DNA of 64,000 nucleotides from NCBI RefSeq assembly GCF_056712565.1, contig NZ_CM160072.1; one strand, 5' to 3'. Shown piece by piece: positions 56,140 to 64,000 of this stretch (position 1 is its first letter; each line of letters starts with the position of its first letter). The notes under the pieces were generated by a model. It saw only the letters and a program-made list of their open reading frames with translations, ran no database searches and was not told where the DNA came from. The position numbers and the translations under genes were made by a program.

Positions 56140-56748
56140 ATGAAAGCGTTAACGGCCAGGCAACAAGAGGTGTTTGATCTCATCCGTGATCACATCAGCC
56201 AGACAGGTATGCCGCCGACGCGTGCGGAAATCGCGCAGCGTTTGGGGTTCCGTTCCCCAAACGCGGCTGAAGAACATCTGAAGGCGCTGGCACGCAAAGG
56301 CGTTATTGAAATTGTTTCCGGCGCATCACGCGGGATTCGTTTATTGCAGGAAGAGGAAGAAGGGTTGCCGCTGGTAGGTCGTGTGGCTGCCGGTGAACCG
56401 CTTCTGGCGCAACAGCATATTGAAGGTCATTATCAGGTCGATCCTTCCTTGTTCAAGCCGAATGCTGATTTCCTGCTGCGTGTCAGCGGGATGTCGATGA
56501 AAGATATCGGCATTATGGATGGCGATTTGCTGGCAGTGCATAAAACTCAGGATGTACGTAACGGTCAGGTCGTTGTCGCACGTATTGATGACGAAGTTAC
56601 CGTTAAACGCCTGAAAAAACAGGGCAATAAAGTCGAACTGTTGCCAGAAAACAGCGAGTTTAAACCAATTGTCGTTGACCTTCGTCAGCAGAGCTTCACC
56701 ATTGAGGGGCTGGCGGTTGGGGTTATTCGCAACGGCGACTGGCTGTAA
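56140..56748 (+). CDS. lexA: SOS repressor LexA
   Basis: 202-aa ORF starting [37 protein letters not shown]; Ala-Gly cleavage site region (VAAGEP) and S24 peptidase domain. Confidence 0.96.
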   Translation: MKALTARQQEVFDLIRDHISQTGMPPTRAEIAQRLGFRSPNAAEEHLKALARKGVIEIVSGASRGIRLLQEEEEGLPLVGRVAAGEPLLAQQHIEGHYQVDPSLFKPNADFLLRVSGMSMKDIGIMDGDLLAVHKTQDVRNGQVVVARIDDEVTVKRLKKQGNKVELLPENSEFKPIVVDLRQQSFTIEGLAVGVIRNGDWL

Positions 56749-56766
56749 CATATCTCTGAGACCGCG

Positions 56767-58146
56767 ATGCCGCCTGGCGTCGCGGTTTGTTTTTCATCTC
56801 TCTTCATCAGGCTTGTCTGCATGGCATTCCTCACTTCATCTGATAAAGCACTCTGGCATCTCGCCTTACCCATGATTTTCTCCAATATCACCGTTCCGTT
56901 GCTGGGACTGGTCGATACGGCGGTAATTGGTCATCTTGATAGTCCGGTTTATTTAGGCGGCGTGGCGGTTGGTGCAACGGCGACCAGCTTTCTCTTTATG
57001 TTGTTGCTGTTTTTACGCATGAGCACCACCGGGCTGACTGCACAGGCTTATGGTGCCAAAAATCCTCAGGCATTAGCCCGTGCGCTGGTGCAACCGTTGC
57101 TGTTGGCGTTGGGGGCCGGGGCGTTAATTGCGCTGCTGCGTACGCCGATTATCGATCTGGCGCTGCATATTGTTGGTGGTAGTGAAGCAGTCCTGGAACA
57201 GGCGCGACGCTTTCTTGAAATCCGCTGGTTAAGCGCACCGGCGTCGCTGGCGAATCTGGTATTACTTGGCTGGTTACTCGGCGTGCAATATGCCCGTGCG
57301 CCAGTAATTTTGTTAGTGGTCGGCAATATCCTCAACATTGTGCTGGATGTCTGGCTGGTGATGGGGCTGCATATGAACGTGCAGGGCGCGGCTCTGGCGA
57401 CGGTTATTGCGGAATATGCAACATTGCTGATTGGTCTGCTAATGGTGCGTAAAATTCTCAAACTACGCGGAATCTCCGGCGAAATGCTGAAAACAGCCTG
57501 GCGAGGAAACTTCCGTCACTTGCTGGCGCTTAACCGCGATATCATGCTGCGCTCGCTGTTGCTGCAACTCTGTTTCGGCGCGATCACTGTACTTGGCGCG
57601 CGACTGGGGAGTGACATTATCGCTGTTAACGCAGTTCTGATGACGCTACTCACCTTTACCGCCTATGCGCTGGATGGTTTTGCCTACGCGGTTGAAGCAC
57701 ATTCCGGTCAGGCATACGGTGCGCGCGACGGTAGTCAATTGCTGGATGTCTGGCGGGCAGCGTGCCGCCAGTCGGGGATCGTAGCGTTACTGTTTTCGGT
57801 GGTTTATTTGCTGGCAGGGGAACACATCATTGCGTTGCTGACGTCGTTAACCCAGATTCAGCAGCTGGCTGACCGCTATCTTATCTGGCAGGTGATTTTG
57901 CCGTTGGTCGGCGTCTGGTGTTATCTGCTGGACGGCATGTTTATAGGCGCAACGCGTGCCGCCGAAATGCGTAACAGTATGGCGGTGGCCGCCGCAGGTT
58001 TTGCACTGACGCTCCTTACGCTGCCGTGGCTGGGGAATCATGGTTTGTGGCTGGCGTTAACCGTCTTTCTGGCGTTACGCGGGCTTTCTCTGGCGGCTAT
58101 CTGGCGGCGTCACTGGCGTAACGATACCTGGTTTGTCGCAACGTGA
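56767..58146 (+). CDS. dinF: MATE family efflux protein DinF (SOS-inducible)
   Basis: 459-aa 12-TM ORF directly downstream of lexA in the same orientation. Confidence 0.88.
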   Translation: MPPGVAVCFSSLFIRLVCMAFLTSSDKALWHLALPMIFSNITVPLLGLVDTAVIGHLDSPVYLGGVAVGATATSFLFMLLLFLRMSTTGLTAQAYGAKNPQALARALVQPLLLALGAGALIALLRTPIIDLALHIVGGSEAVLEQARRFLEIRWLSAPASLANLVLLGWLLGVQYARAPVILLVVGNILNIVLDVWLVMGLHMNVQGAALATVIAEYATLLIGLLMVRKILKLRGISGEMLKTAWRGNFRHLLALNRDIMLRSLLLQLCFGAITVLGARLGSDIIAVNAVLMTLLTFTAYALDGFAYAVEAHSGQAYGARDGSQLLDVWRAACRQSGIVALLFSVVYLLAGEHIIALLTSLTQIQQLADRYLIWQVILPLVGVWCYLLDGMFIGATRAAEMRNSMAVAAAGFALTLLTLPWLGNHGLWLALTVFLALRGLSLAAIWRRHWRNDTWFVAT

Positions 58147-58261
58147 CGGTTAAAAATTCTGAATAAATAATCCTAAGCCAAATTGCTGACTACACTTAAT
58201 CTCACGTTCAGAAGAAAAGTGAACGTACTCTCATTCACAACCTAACGATGAGGTCTTGATT

Positions 58262-58471
58262 ATGAATAAAGATGAAGCCGGCGGTAACTGGAAACAGTTT
58301 AAAGGTAAAGTGAAAGAGCAATGGGGCAAACTGACCGATGATGATATGACGATCATTGAAGGAAAACGTGATCAGTTAGTGGGTAAAATCCAGGAACGCT
58401 ACGGTTATCAGAAAGATCAGGCAGAAAAAGAGGTTGATAGTTGGGAAAAACGCCATGATTACCGCTGGTAA
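58262..58471 (+). CDS. yjbJ: stress-induced CsbD-like protein YjbJ
   Basis: 69-aa product from MNKDEAGGNWKQFKGKVKEQWGKLTDDD. Confidence 0.8.
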   Translation: MNKDEAGGNWKQFKGKVKEQWGKLTDDDMTIIEGKRDQLVGKIQERYGYQKDQAEKEVDSWEKRHDYRW

Positions 58472-58512
58472 TTAATCCCTCCTGCCCGACATGTACAAGG
58501 ATGTACACCCTT

Positions 58513-59028
58513 TTAGCGAGGTTTCTTTTTCACCTGAATAGAGTGGTCATGATGGCACTGTTCGGGATGACGACACGCTTCTACTTCTACACATGCTGAA
58601 CATAATCCATGTGCTTCAATAACATTATGCCGCAGGGCAAAACCCATTTTTGCCGCCAGCGTATGCATGATGTCTTCCACGCCTTCAGCACATTCTTCTT
58701 TCACCGCGCCGCAGCGATCGCAAATAAACATGGCTGAAGTATGGGTGGGCTGATCGAACAGATGACAGAGCACATAACTGTTGGTGGATTCCACCTTATG
58801 CACAAAACCTTGTTCAAGCAGAAACTCCAGCGCGCGATAAACCGTTGGCGGCTTGGCTTGCGGTTCAGCTTCGCGCAGCAAATCAAGCAGATCATAAGCG
58901 CTGATAGCGCCATCCTGCAGACTCATCAGGCGCAACACTTCGAGACGCTGTGGGGTCAGGCGCACATTACGCTGTGCGCAGATTTTTTCAGCCTGCGCTA
59001 ATAACTCCTGCGTTGTGGTCTTTTCCAT
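58513..59028 (-). CDS. zur: zinc uptake regulator Zur (Fur family)
   Basis: 171-aa product from MEKTTTQELLAQAEKICAQRNVRLTPQRLEVL inside ORF 58513-59199; Fur-family HTH and Cys/His metal sites. Confidence 0.88.
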   Translation of the reverse strand: MEKTTTQELLAQAEKICAQRNVRLTPQRLEVLRLMSLQDGAISAYDLLDLLREAEPQAKPPTVYRALEFLLEQGFVHKVESTNSYVLCHLFDQPTHTSAMFICDRCGAVKEECAEGVEDIMHTLAAKMGFALRHNVIEAHGLCSACVEVEACRHPEQCHHDHSIQVKKKPR

Positions 59029-59183
59029 TGGGCACCTCGACAGTGGGGTTAAGAATGCCCTTACTTTACCATAGTTCTCGCTTAAACGCCGAGAACAGGG
59101 TGTCATGGCTGTCATATTGCCTGATCGCATATTCGTTATGCTATAGTAGCGCCCCCAATTTACCAGATGCTTAAAAAGTCGCC

Positions 59184-60179
59184 ATGCCAGCAGAATCACA
59201 CACTGTTTATCCCGCTTACCGTTTCTCGATTGCCCCGATGCTTGACTGGACGGACAGACATTGCCGTTATTTCTTGCGTCTGCTTTCCCGCAATACGTTG
59301 CTGTATACCGAAATGGTGACCACAGGGGCGATTATTCACGGTAAAGGTGATTACCTGGCGTACAGTGAAGAAGAACATCCGGTAGCGTTGCAACTCGGGG
59401 GTAGCGATCCGGCGGCGCTGGCACAGTGTGCGAAGCTGGCAGAAGCGCGTGGATACGATGAGATCAACCTGAATGTCGGCTGCCCGTCTGACCGGGTGCA
59501 GAACGGCATGTTTGGTGCGTGTCTGATGGGTAATGCGCAGCTGGTTGCCGACTGCGTGAAAGCGATGCGCGATGTGGTGTCGATTCCGGTGACGGTGAAA
59601 ACGCGTATTGGCATCGATGATCAGGACAGCTATGAATTTCTCTGCGATTTCATCAACACCGTTTCCGGCAAAGGTGAGTGTGAGATGTTCATCATCCACG
59701 CACGTAAAGCCTGGCTTTCTGGGTTAAGTCCGAAAGAAAACCGTGAGATCCCGCCTCTCGATTATCCGCGTGTGTATCAACTGAAGCGTGACTTTCCGCA
59801 TCTGACGATGTCGATTAACGGTGGTATCAAGTCGCTGGAAGAAGCTAAAGCGCATTTGCAACATATGGATGGCGTGATGGTCGGGCGCGAGGCGTATCAG
59901 AATCCGGGGATTCTGGCGGCGGTAGACCGAGAGATTTTTGGTTCCTCGGATACCGATGCCGATCCGGTGGCGGTAGTGCGCGCCATGTATCCGTACATTG
60001 AGCGTGAACTCAGCCAGGGTACGTATCTCGGCCATATTACCCGGCATATGCTGGGCTTGTTCCAGGGTATTCCTGGCGCGCGGCAGTGGCGGCGTTATTT
60101 AAGTGAAAATGCCCATAAAGCGGGTGCAGACATTAATGTGCTGGAACACGCGCTCAAACTGGTGGCGGATAAGCGTTAA
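59184..60179 (+). CDS. dusA: tRNA-dihydrouridine(20/20a) synthase DusA
   Basis: 331-aa ORF with Dus TIM-barrel features ([17 protein letters not shown], catalytic Cys in NVGCPSDRV); in-frame stop 9 nt upstream of ATG. Confidence 0.88.
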   Translation: MPAESHTVYPAYRFSIAPMLDWTDRHCRYFLRLLSRNTLLYTEMVTTGAIIHGKGDYLAYSEEEHPVALQLGGSDPAALAQCAKLAEARGYDEINLNVGCPSDRVQNGMFGACLMGNAQLVADCVKAMRDVVSIPVTVKTRIGIDDQDSYEFLCDFINTVSGKGECEMFIIHARKAWLSGLSPKENREIPPLDYPRVYQLKRDFPHLTMSINGGIKSLEEAKAHLQHMDGVMVGREAYQNPGILAAVDREIFGSSDTDADPVAVVRAMYPYIERELSQGTYLGHITRHMLGLFQGIPGARQWRRYLSENAHKAGADINVLEHALKLVADKR

Positions 60180-60261
60180 CTTTTCACCAAAAAGTAGTCA
60201 AATTCACCACGCCCTGCGCCCCGTCGCGGGGCGTTTTGCTGTTAAATCAATAGATTATTTT

Positions 60262-60277
60262 TGGCATGATTCTTGTA
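60262..60277 (+). promoter_or_regulatory. putative sigma54 (-24/-12) promoter of pspG
   Basis: TGGCATGATTCTTGTA resembles TGGCAC-N5-TTGC(A/T) about 35 nt upstream of pspG ATG; pspG is known to be PspF/sigma54 dependent. Confidence 0.5.
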
Positions 60278-60312
60278 ATGCCAGCAAGAGATTTCATATT
60301 TGGGAGAGCATC

Positions 60313-60555
60313 ATGCTGGAACTACTTTTTGTAATTGGCTTTTTTGTCATGCTGATGGTCACCGGTGTTTCGTTGCTGGGTATTATCGCCGCGCTGATTG
60401 TGGCGACGGCCTTTATGTTCCTCGGCGGTATGCTGGCATTGATGATTAAGTTGCTGCCGTGGCTGCTGTTGGCGGTTGCGGTGGTGTGGGTGATCAGGGC
60501 GATAAAAGCACCAAAAGTGCCGAAATATCAGCGTTATGACCGCTGGCGTTACTAA
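60313..60555 (+). CDS. pspG: phage shock protein G
   Basis: 80-aa two-TM product from MLELLFVIGFFVMLMVTGV inside ORF 60103-60555. Confidence 0.85.
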   Translation: MLELLFVIGFFVMLMVTGVSLLGIIAALIVATAFMFLGGMLALMIKLLPWLLLAVAVVWVIRAIKAPKVPKYQRYDRWRY

Positions 60556-60719
60556 GGGATTGTGCGGATGATCACAACCTAAGGTTTTATCCTTAGAACA
60601 AAATAGGAATTGATAATCAAATCTGTCACTATTGCGCGTCAAACAAATTCATCGAGCTGTACCCTACATACAGCCGAACTATAAAAGAAAGGGCTTCCCA
60701 GGTGGAAGCCCAATTTCTT

Positions 60720-61703
60720 TTATGGAATCAATAGGCTGGAACCCTGCGTCGCCCGGCTTTCCAGAATCTCATGCGCACGCCGCGCATCCTTCAGCGGATA
60801 TTTCTGCTGCTCGGCGACATCGACCTTAATCACACCGCTGGCAATCAAAGAGAACAGTTCATTACTGGCCTCGGTTAATTCCTCCCGCGTGGTGATATAG
60901 CCTTGCAGGGAAGGGCGTGTCACATACAACGAGCCTTTCTGATTGAGAATGCCTAAGTTCACACCGGTAACCGCACCTGATGAGTTGCCAAAACTCACCA
61001 TTAAGCCGCGGCGTTGCAGGCAATCCAGCGACCGTTCCCAGGTGTCTCTGCCCACTGAATCGTACACCACGCGCACTTTCTTACCACCGGTGATCTCTTT
61101 CAATCGCTCGACCAGATTCTCTTCACGATAGTTAATAACCTGCCACGCGCCCGCTTTTAGCGCACTCTGCGCTTTTTGCGCGGTTCCTACAGTGCCGATA
61201 AGTTTCGCGCCCAGGGCTTTTGCCCACTGGCAGGCAATCAAGCCAACGCCGCCAGCCGCTGCGTGGAACAGGAACTGTTCATCGGGTTTAATTTCATAGG
61301 TTTTGCGCAGCAGATAATAAACCGTTAAGCCTTTCAGGAAGGATGCCGCAGCTTGCTCAAAAGAAATTGCCGCAGGCAGAATCGCCGCTTTATCTGCATT
61401 AATGTTATGCACAGAGCTGTAAGCGCCTAATGCCGATTGTGCATAGACTACGCGATCGCCTGCCTTAATATGCTTTACACCACTGCCGACTTTACTCACG
61501 ATGCCTGCCGCTTCGGTACCTAATCCGCTGGGTAGCGATGGCGGCGGGTAAAGGCCGCTGCGGATATACGTGTCGATAAAATTGATGCCGATGGCTTTAT
61601 TTTCGACCTGGATTTCATTCTCCGCCGGATCGGCAGGAGTGAACTCTACGGCTTGAAGTACTTCCGGGCCACCGTGCTTGTGAAATTCAATTCGTATTGC
61701 CAT
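60720..61703 (-). CDS. qor: NADPH:quinone oxidoreductase (zeta-crystallin-like MDR)
   Basis: 327-aa ORF starting MAIRIEFHKHGGPEVLQAVEFTPADP; cofactor motif AAAGGVGLIACQW. Confidence 0.92.
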   Translation of the reverse strand: MAIRIEFHKHGGPEVLQAVEFTPADPAENEIQVENKAIGINFIDTYIRSGLYPPPSLPSGLGTEAAGIVSKVGSGVKHIKAGDRVVYAQSALGAYSSVHNINADKAAILPAAISFEQAAASFLKGLTVYYLLRKTYEIKPDEQFLFHAAAGGVGLIACQWAKALGAKLIGTVGTAQKAQSALKAGAWQVINYREENLVERLKEITGGKKVRVVYDSVGRDTWERSLDCLQRRGLMVSFGNSSGAVTGVNLGILNQKGSLYVTRPSLQGYITTREELTEASNELFSLIASGVIKVDVAEQQKYPLKDARRAHEILESRATQGSSLLIP

Positions 61704-61808
61704 TTAAACTCCTTTACTGAGCGACATATCTGTTTTAAGCCTAACAGTAGTCGCCAGGCCGCGCGGGGATTTTTTCCGGGCTGCGGTCACAACCCGGAAT
61801 ATCTCTGA

Positions 61809-63857
61809 TCAGTATTGAAACGGCGTCGCCGCAATCCAGTTTTGCCACTGGCGCTCAAAGTTGGTTAGCGTTAATACGCCCCGTTCACGGCACGGGCGAG
61901 TCCAGGTTTGGTAATCATTAGCTTCCCGACAAACACAAATCATATATTGCCTGGCATCCTGATTTTCTGGCCGAAAACGCCAGGCCAGGAGTGGCCCACC
62001 TGGTGTTTGCGGTGCAATACCGGCTTCGCCATCATAGATAGCCCTGGCACCACGACTCCCACCACCGTTTTCGACATAACATTGTAAAGAACGCAGTACA
62101 GCCAGCGCCAGTTGCGCACTTTGTCGCCACTGGAAAGATTGTGCCAGGCTGTTTTCATCGCATTGAATACCTTCCCGGCGAATATCTTCACAAAGTGTTG
62201 CCAGGGTTTGCGCGGCAGTGTTGATCCCCTGTGTATGACACAAAATTGCGGCATGGTGGCTCATGGTATTTTGTATCGTTTCTCGCACGTCGTCACGTAG
62301 CAGCCCCTGATTCAGGTGCTGTTGCGCCTCATTAATCGTACTGAGAATTTGTTGCCTCTCGAGAGGCCGGTCCTGGCTTTTCTGATGAGCAATATGTAAT
62401 GCACAGCGGCGGGCGAAAACTTGCCCGGCATTGAGCGCTGCTCCACCTGGGCGCGTGACACCATGTGTTCCGGCATTTTCTCCGGCAGCATAACAACCAG
62501 TTAGCGATGTACGTGCCCAAATATCAACTTCAATTCCGCCATTAAGATGTTGATTATTTAGCGTAAACTTGAGCGGTGAGGCTGTGAGATCATGACCGTG
62601 CATCTGATACAAACGAATAGCCAGAGGATTCATCTGTGTTAATCTCGCCAGCGGTTGTGCCAGCAGGGCGTGATTTTGTTGCAGATAGTCGATGACATCA
62701 TCATCCAGCTCCCGCAGGTTAAATAGTGTTCCGTCCGCTGCGGGTTCTGGTTCCCGTAGAAAATCGAGAAAAACATCGCGCCCTTTTTGAGTCTCTTCAT
62801 AAACTGCGACATCCAGCAAGCTGGAGCCATATTCCAGCATTCGTTCCGCGTGAAACGGCCACTGGTAACCTTTGCGAAATATCGCGGAGGCCAGCATACG
62901 AGTCGTGGGGTAATAAGTTGCCAGAAAATTATACTGACGCCCGGAGTGGTCCTGCGAATAGATGCGCGGTATCGCCTGCATGTAAGTACCGGAAAGATTC
63001 CACGGAAACTGGTTGCGCGGTGTACCGATACCAAACTGACTTTCCGTAAGATTAACCAGAGTTATCCCTGCTTCCAGCGCCATGCCCAACGCACTAAAAC
63101 AGTTCACCGGATAAACACTGTCACGATAAAGTTCACCAGGCCCGCCCGTGGCTAAAACCAGATGCTGACAGCGAATCACTACCATTCTCCAGGGATTATC
63201 CCGACAGGCTTTATCGATGGCGATCACCCCCTCGACTCGTCGATTTTCTCCTTCACCACTGGTCAGGATACGAATCGCCGTTGTGTGATCGCAAAGAGGA
63301 ATATTAAGGCGCATTGCCTCCTGGGCCAGCACCTTCACCATCAGGCGCGATGTTCGAGGACCGCAGCTAGTGGCACGGCCAAATTCATCGTGATCGGTTT
63401 GGTAACGCAACGTTGCGCCAAAGAGATCTTCAGGCAGATCCAGACCCAGATATTTCAGTACTTCACAGGTGTTCACCGATCCGACCGCCTCAACATATGC
63501 GGTGTCATGATCCATCGCACCACCTGCCGCCAGGGTGTTACTTAATGTCAGAAAATGGTCACCATTTGCACGGGTATTCGCGGTGTGAAGCGTTTGTTTA
63601 TCAGAACCAGAACAGGCGGAAGTTCCCCAGAAGGCTTTGCTGGAGGCGACCATTACATCGACATTTTGCCGTTTCAGCTCGACGGCAGCTCGCCATCCTG
63701 CCGCGCCACTGCCCAGAACCAGCGTGTTGCAGCGGTACTCAGGTAAAATGGTACCGTTAAGGTCGATACTACCGCTGACTTGAGCCAGCGGTGCGTAATG
63801 GGGCATTTTCACGTCAGTCAGGGAATCGATAATAGATTCAGAGACATTATGCGTCAT
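61809..63857 (-). CDS. FAD-dependent oxidoreductase, succinate dehydrogenase/fumarate reductase flavoprotein-like, with extra C-terminal Cys-containing region
   Basis: About 682-aa product from MTHNVSES inside ORF 61809-63974 (alternative start MPHYAPLA); dinucleotide-binding GSGAAG motif, C-terminal ...GCYAAGENAGTHG... typical of FrdA/SdhA/NadB-type flavoproteins; not in K-12 at this position. Confidence 0.6.
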   Translation of the reverse strand: MTHNVSESIIDSLTDVKMPHYAPLAQVSGSIDLNGTILPEYRCNTLVLGSGAAGWRAAVELKRQNVDVMVASSKAFWGTSACSGSDKQTLHTANTRANGDHFLTLSNTLAAGGAMDHDTAYVEAVGSVNTCEVLKYLGLDLPEDLFGATLRYQTDHDEFGRATSCGPRTSRLMVKVLAQEAMRLNIPLCDHTTAIRILTSGEGENRRVEGVIAIDKACRDNPWRMVVIRCQHLVLATGGPGELYRDSVYPVNCFSALGMALEAGITLVNLTESQFGIGTPRNQFPWNLSGTYMQAIPRIYSQDHSGRQYNFLATYYPTTRMLASAIFRKGYQWPFHAERMLEYGSSLLDVAVYEETQKGRDVFLDFLREPEPAADGTLFNLRELDDDVIDYLQQNHALLAQPLARLTQMNPLAIRLYQMHGHDLTASPLKFTLNNQHLNGGIEVDIWARTSLTGCYAAGENAGTHGVTRPGGAALNAGQVFARRCALHIAHQKSQDRPLERQQILSTINEAQQHLNQGLLRDDVRETIQNTMSHHAAILCHTQGINTAAQTLATLCEDIRREGIQCDENSLAQSFQWRQSAQLALAVLRSLQCYVENGGGSRGARAIYDGEAGIAPQTPGGPLLAWRFRPENQDARQYMICVCREANDYQTWTRPCRERGVLTLTNFERQWQNWIAATPFQY

Positions 63858-64000
63858 GGGAGGTGCCCGTAGTCTGGTTATGTTGGGAAACGCTGATCGT
63901 TTCAGCGTCGGCAAGATCATCAAGATCACGATCGCGTGTTTCTGGAGCAAAGAAAGTCGCAATAATCGTACCAACGGTCAGCAGACTAAGGTAAATAGCG
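63847..64000 (-). CDS. C-terminal fragment of a putative membrane transporter (possibly MFS), 5' end outside window
   Basis: Open frame to the window edge ending ...IYLSLLTVGTIIATFFAPETRDRDLDDLADAETISVSQHNQTTGTSHDA-stop; stop overlaps the flavoprotein start (ATGACGCATAA). Confidence 0.4.
   Translation of the reverse strand, partial: AIYLSLLTVGTIIATFFAPETRDRDLDDLADAETISVSQHNQTTGTSHDA

Noticed and set aside
58472-58512. TGTACA-AGGA-TGTACA repeated palindromic hexamers between yjbJ and zur
   Set aside because: Short, self-palindromic hexamers in a convergent intergenic region; could be part of a terminator or chance occurrence; insufficient evidence for a regulatory site.
58513-59199. Long N-terminal extension of zur (228-aa ORF) overlapping the dusA start; similar upstream extensions for ubiC (51428), yjbG (39453), plsB (55551), sorC (32874) and the 721-aa flavoprotein ORF (63974)
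   Set aside because: Conserved protein N-termini and RBS positions indicate internal start codons; the extensions are read-through of upstream non-coding sequence.

Overview
This window is an Escherichia coli-type chromosomal segment, largely syntenic with the K-12 region from zraSR to qor (about 90-91 min). Gene names are assigned by recognition of protein sequences and gene order against K-12 from memory; no database search was run. The window contains zraSR, purDH, a complete rrnE-type rRNA operon (16S, tRNA-Glu, 23S, 5S), yjaA, yjaB, metA, aceBAK, iclR, metH, yjbB, pepE, rluF, yjbD, lysC with its lysine riboswitch leader, pgi, yjbEFGH, psiE, the malGFE/malK-lamB-malM regulon, ubiCA, plsB, dgkA, lexA-dinF, yjbJ, zur, dusA, pspG and qor, plus many REP/BIME repeats. 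It differs from K-12 at several accessory points. The most likely candidate for something undescribed is an AT-rich two-gene cassette between metH and yjbB (a 108-aa soluble protein and a 149-aa predicted 4-TM protein), which I do not recognise. Other non-K-12 content is a complete L-sorbose operon (sorCDFBAME) between pepE and rluF, and a large FAD flavoprotein plus a transporter gene after qor. K-12 genes arpA, xylE, yjbI and yjbL/yjbM are absent. No CRISPR array, IS element or integrase was seen.
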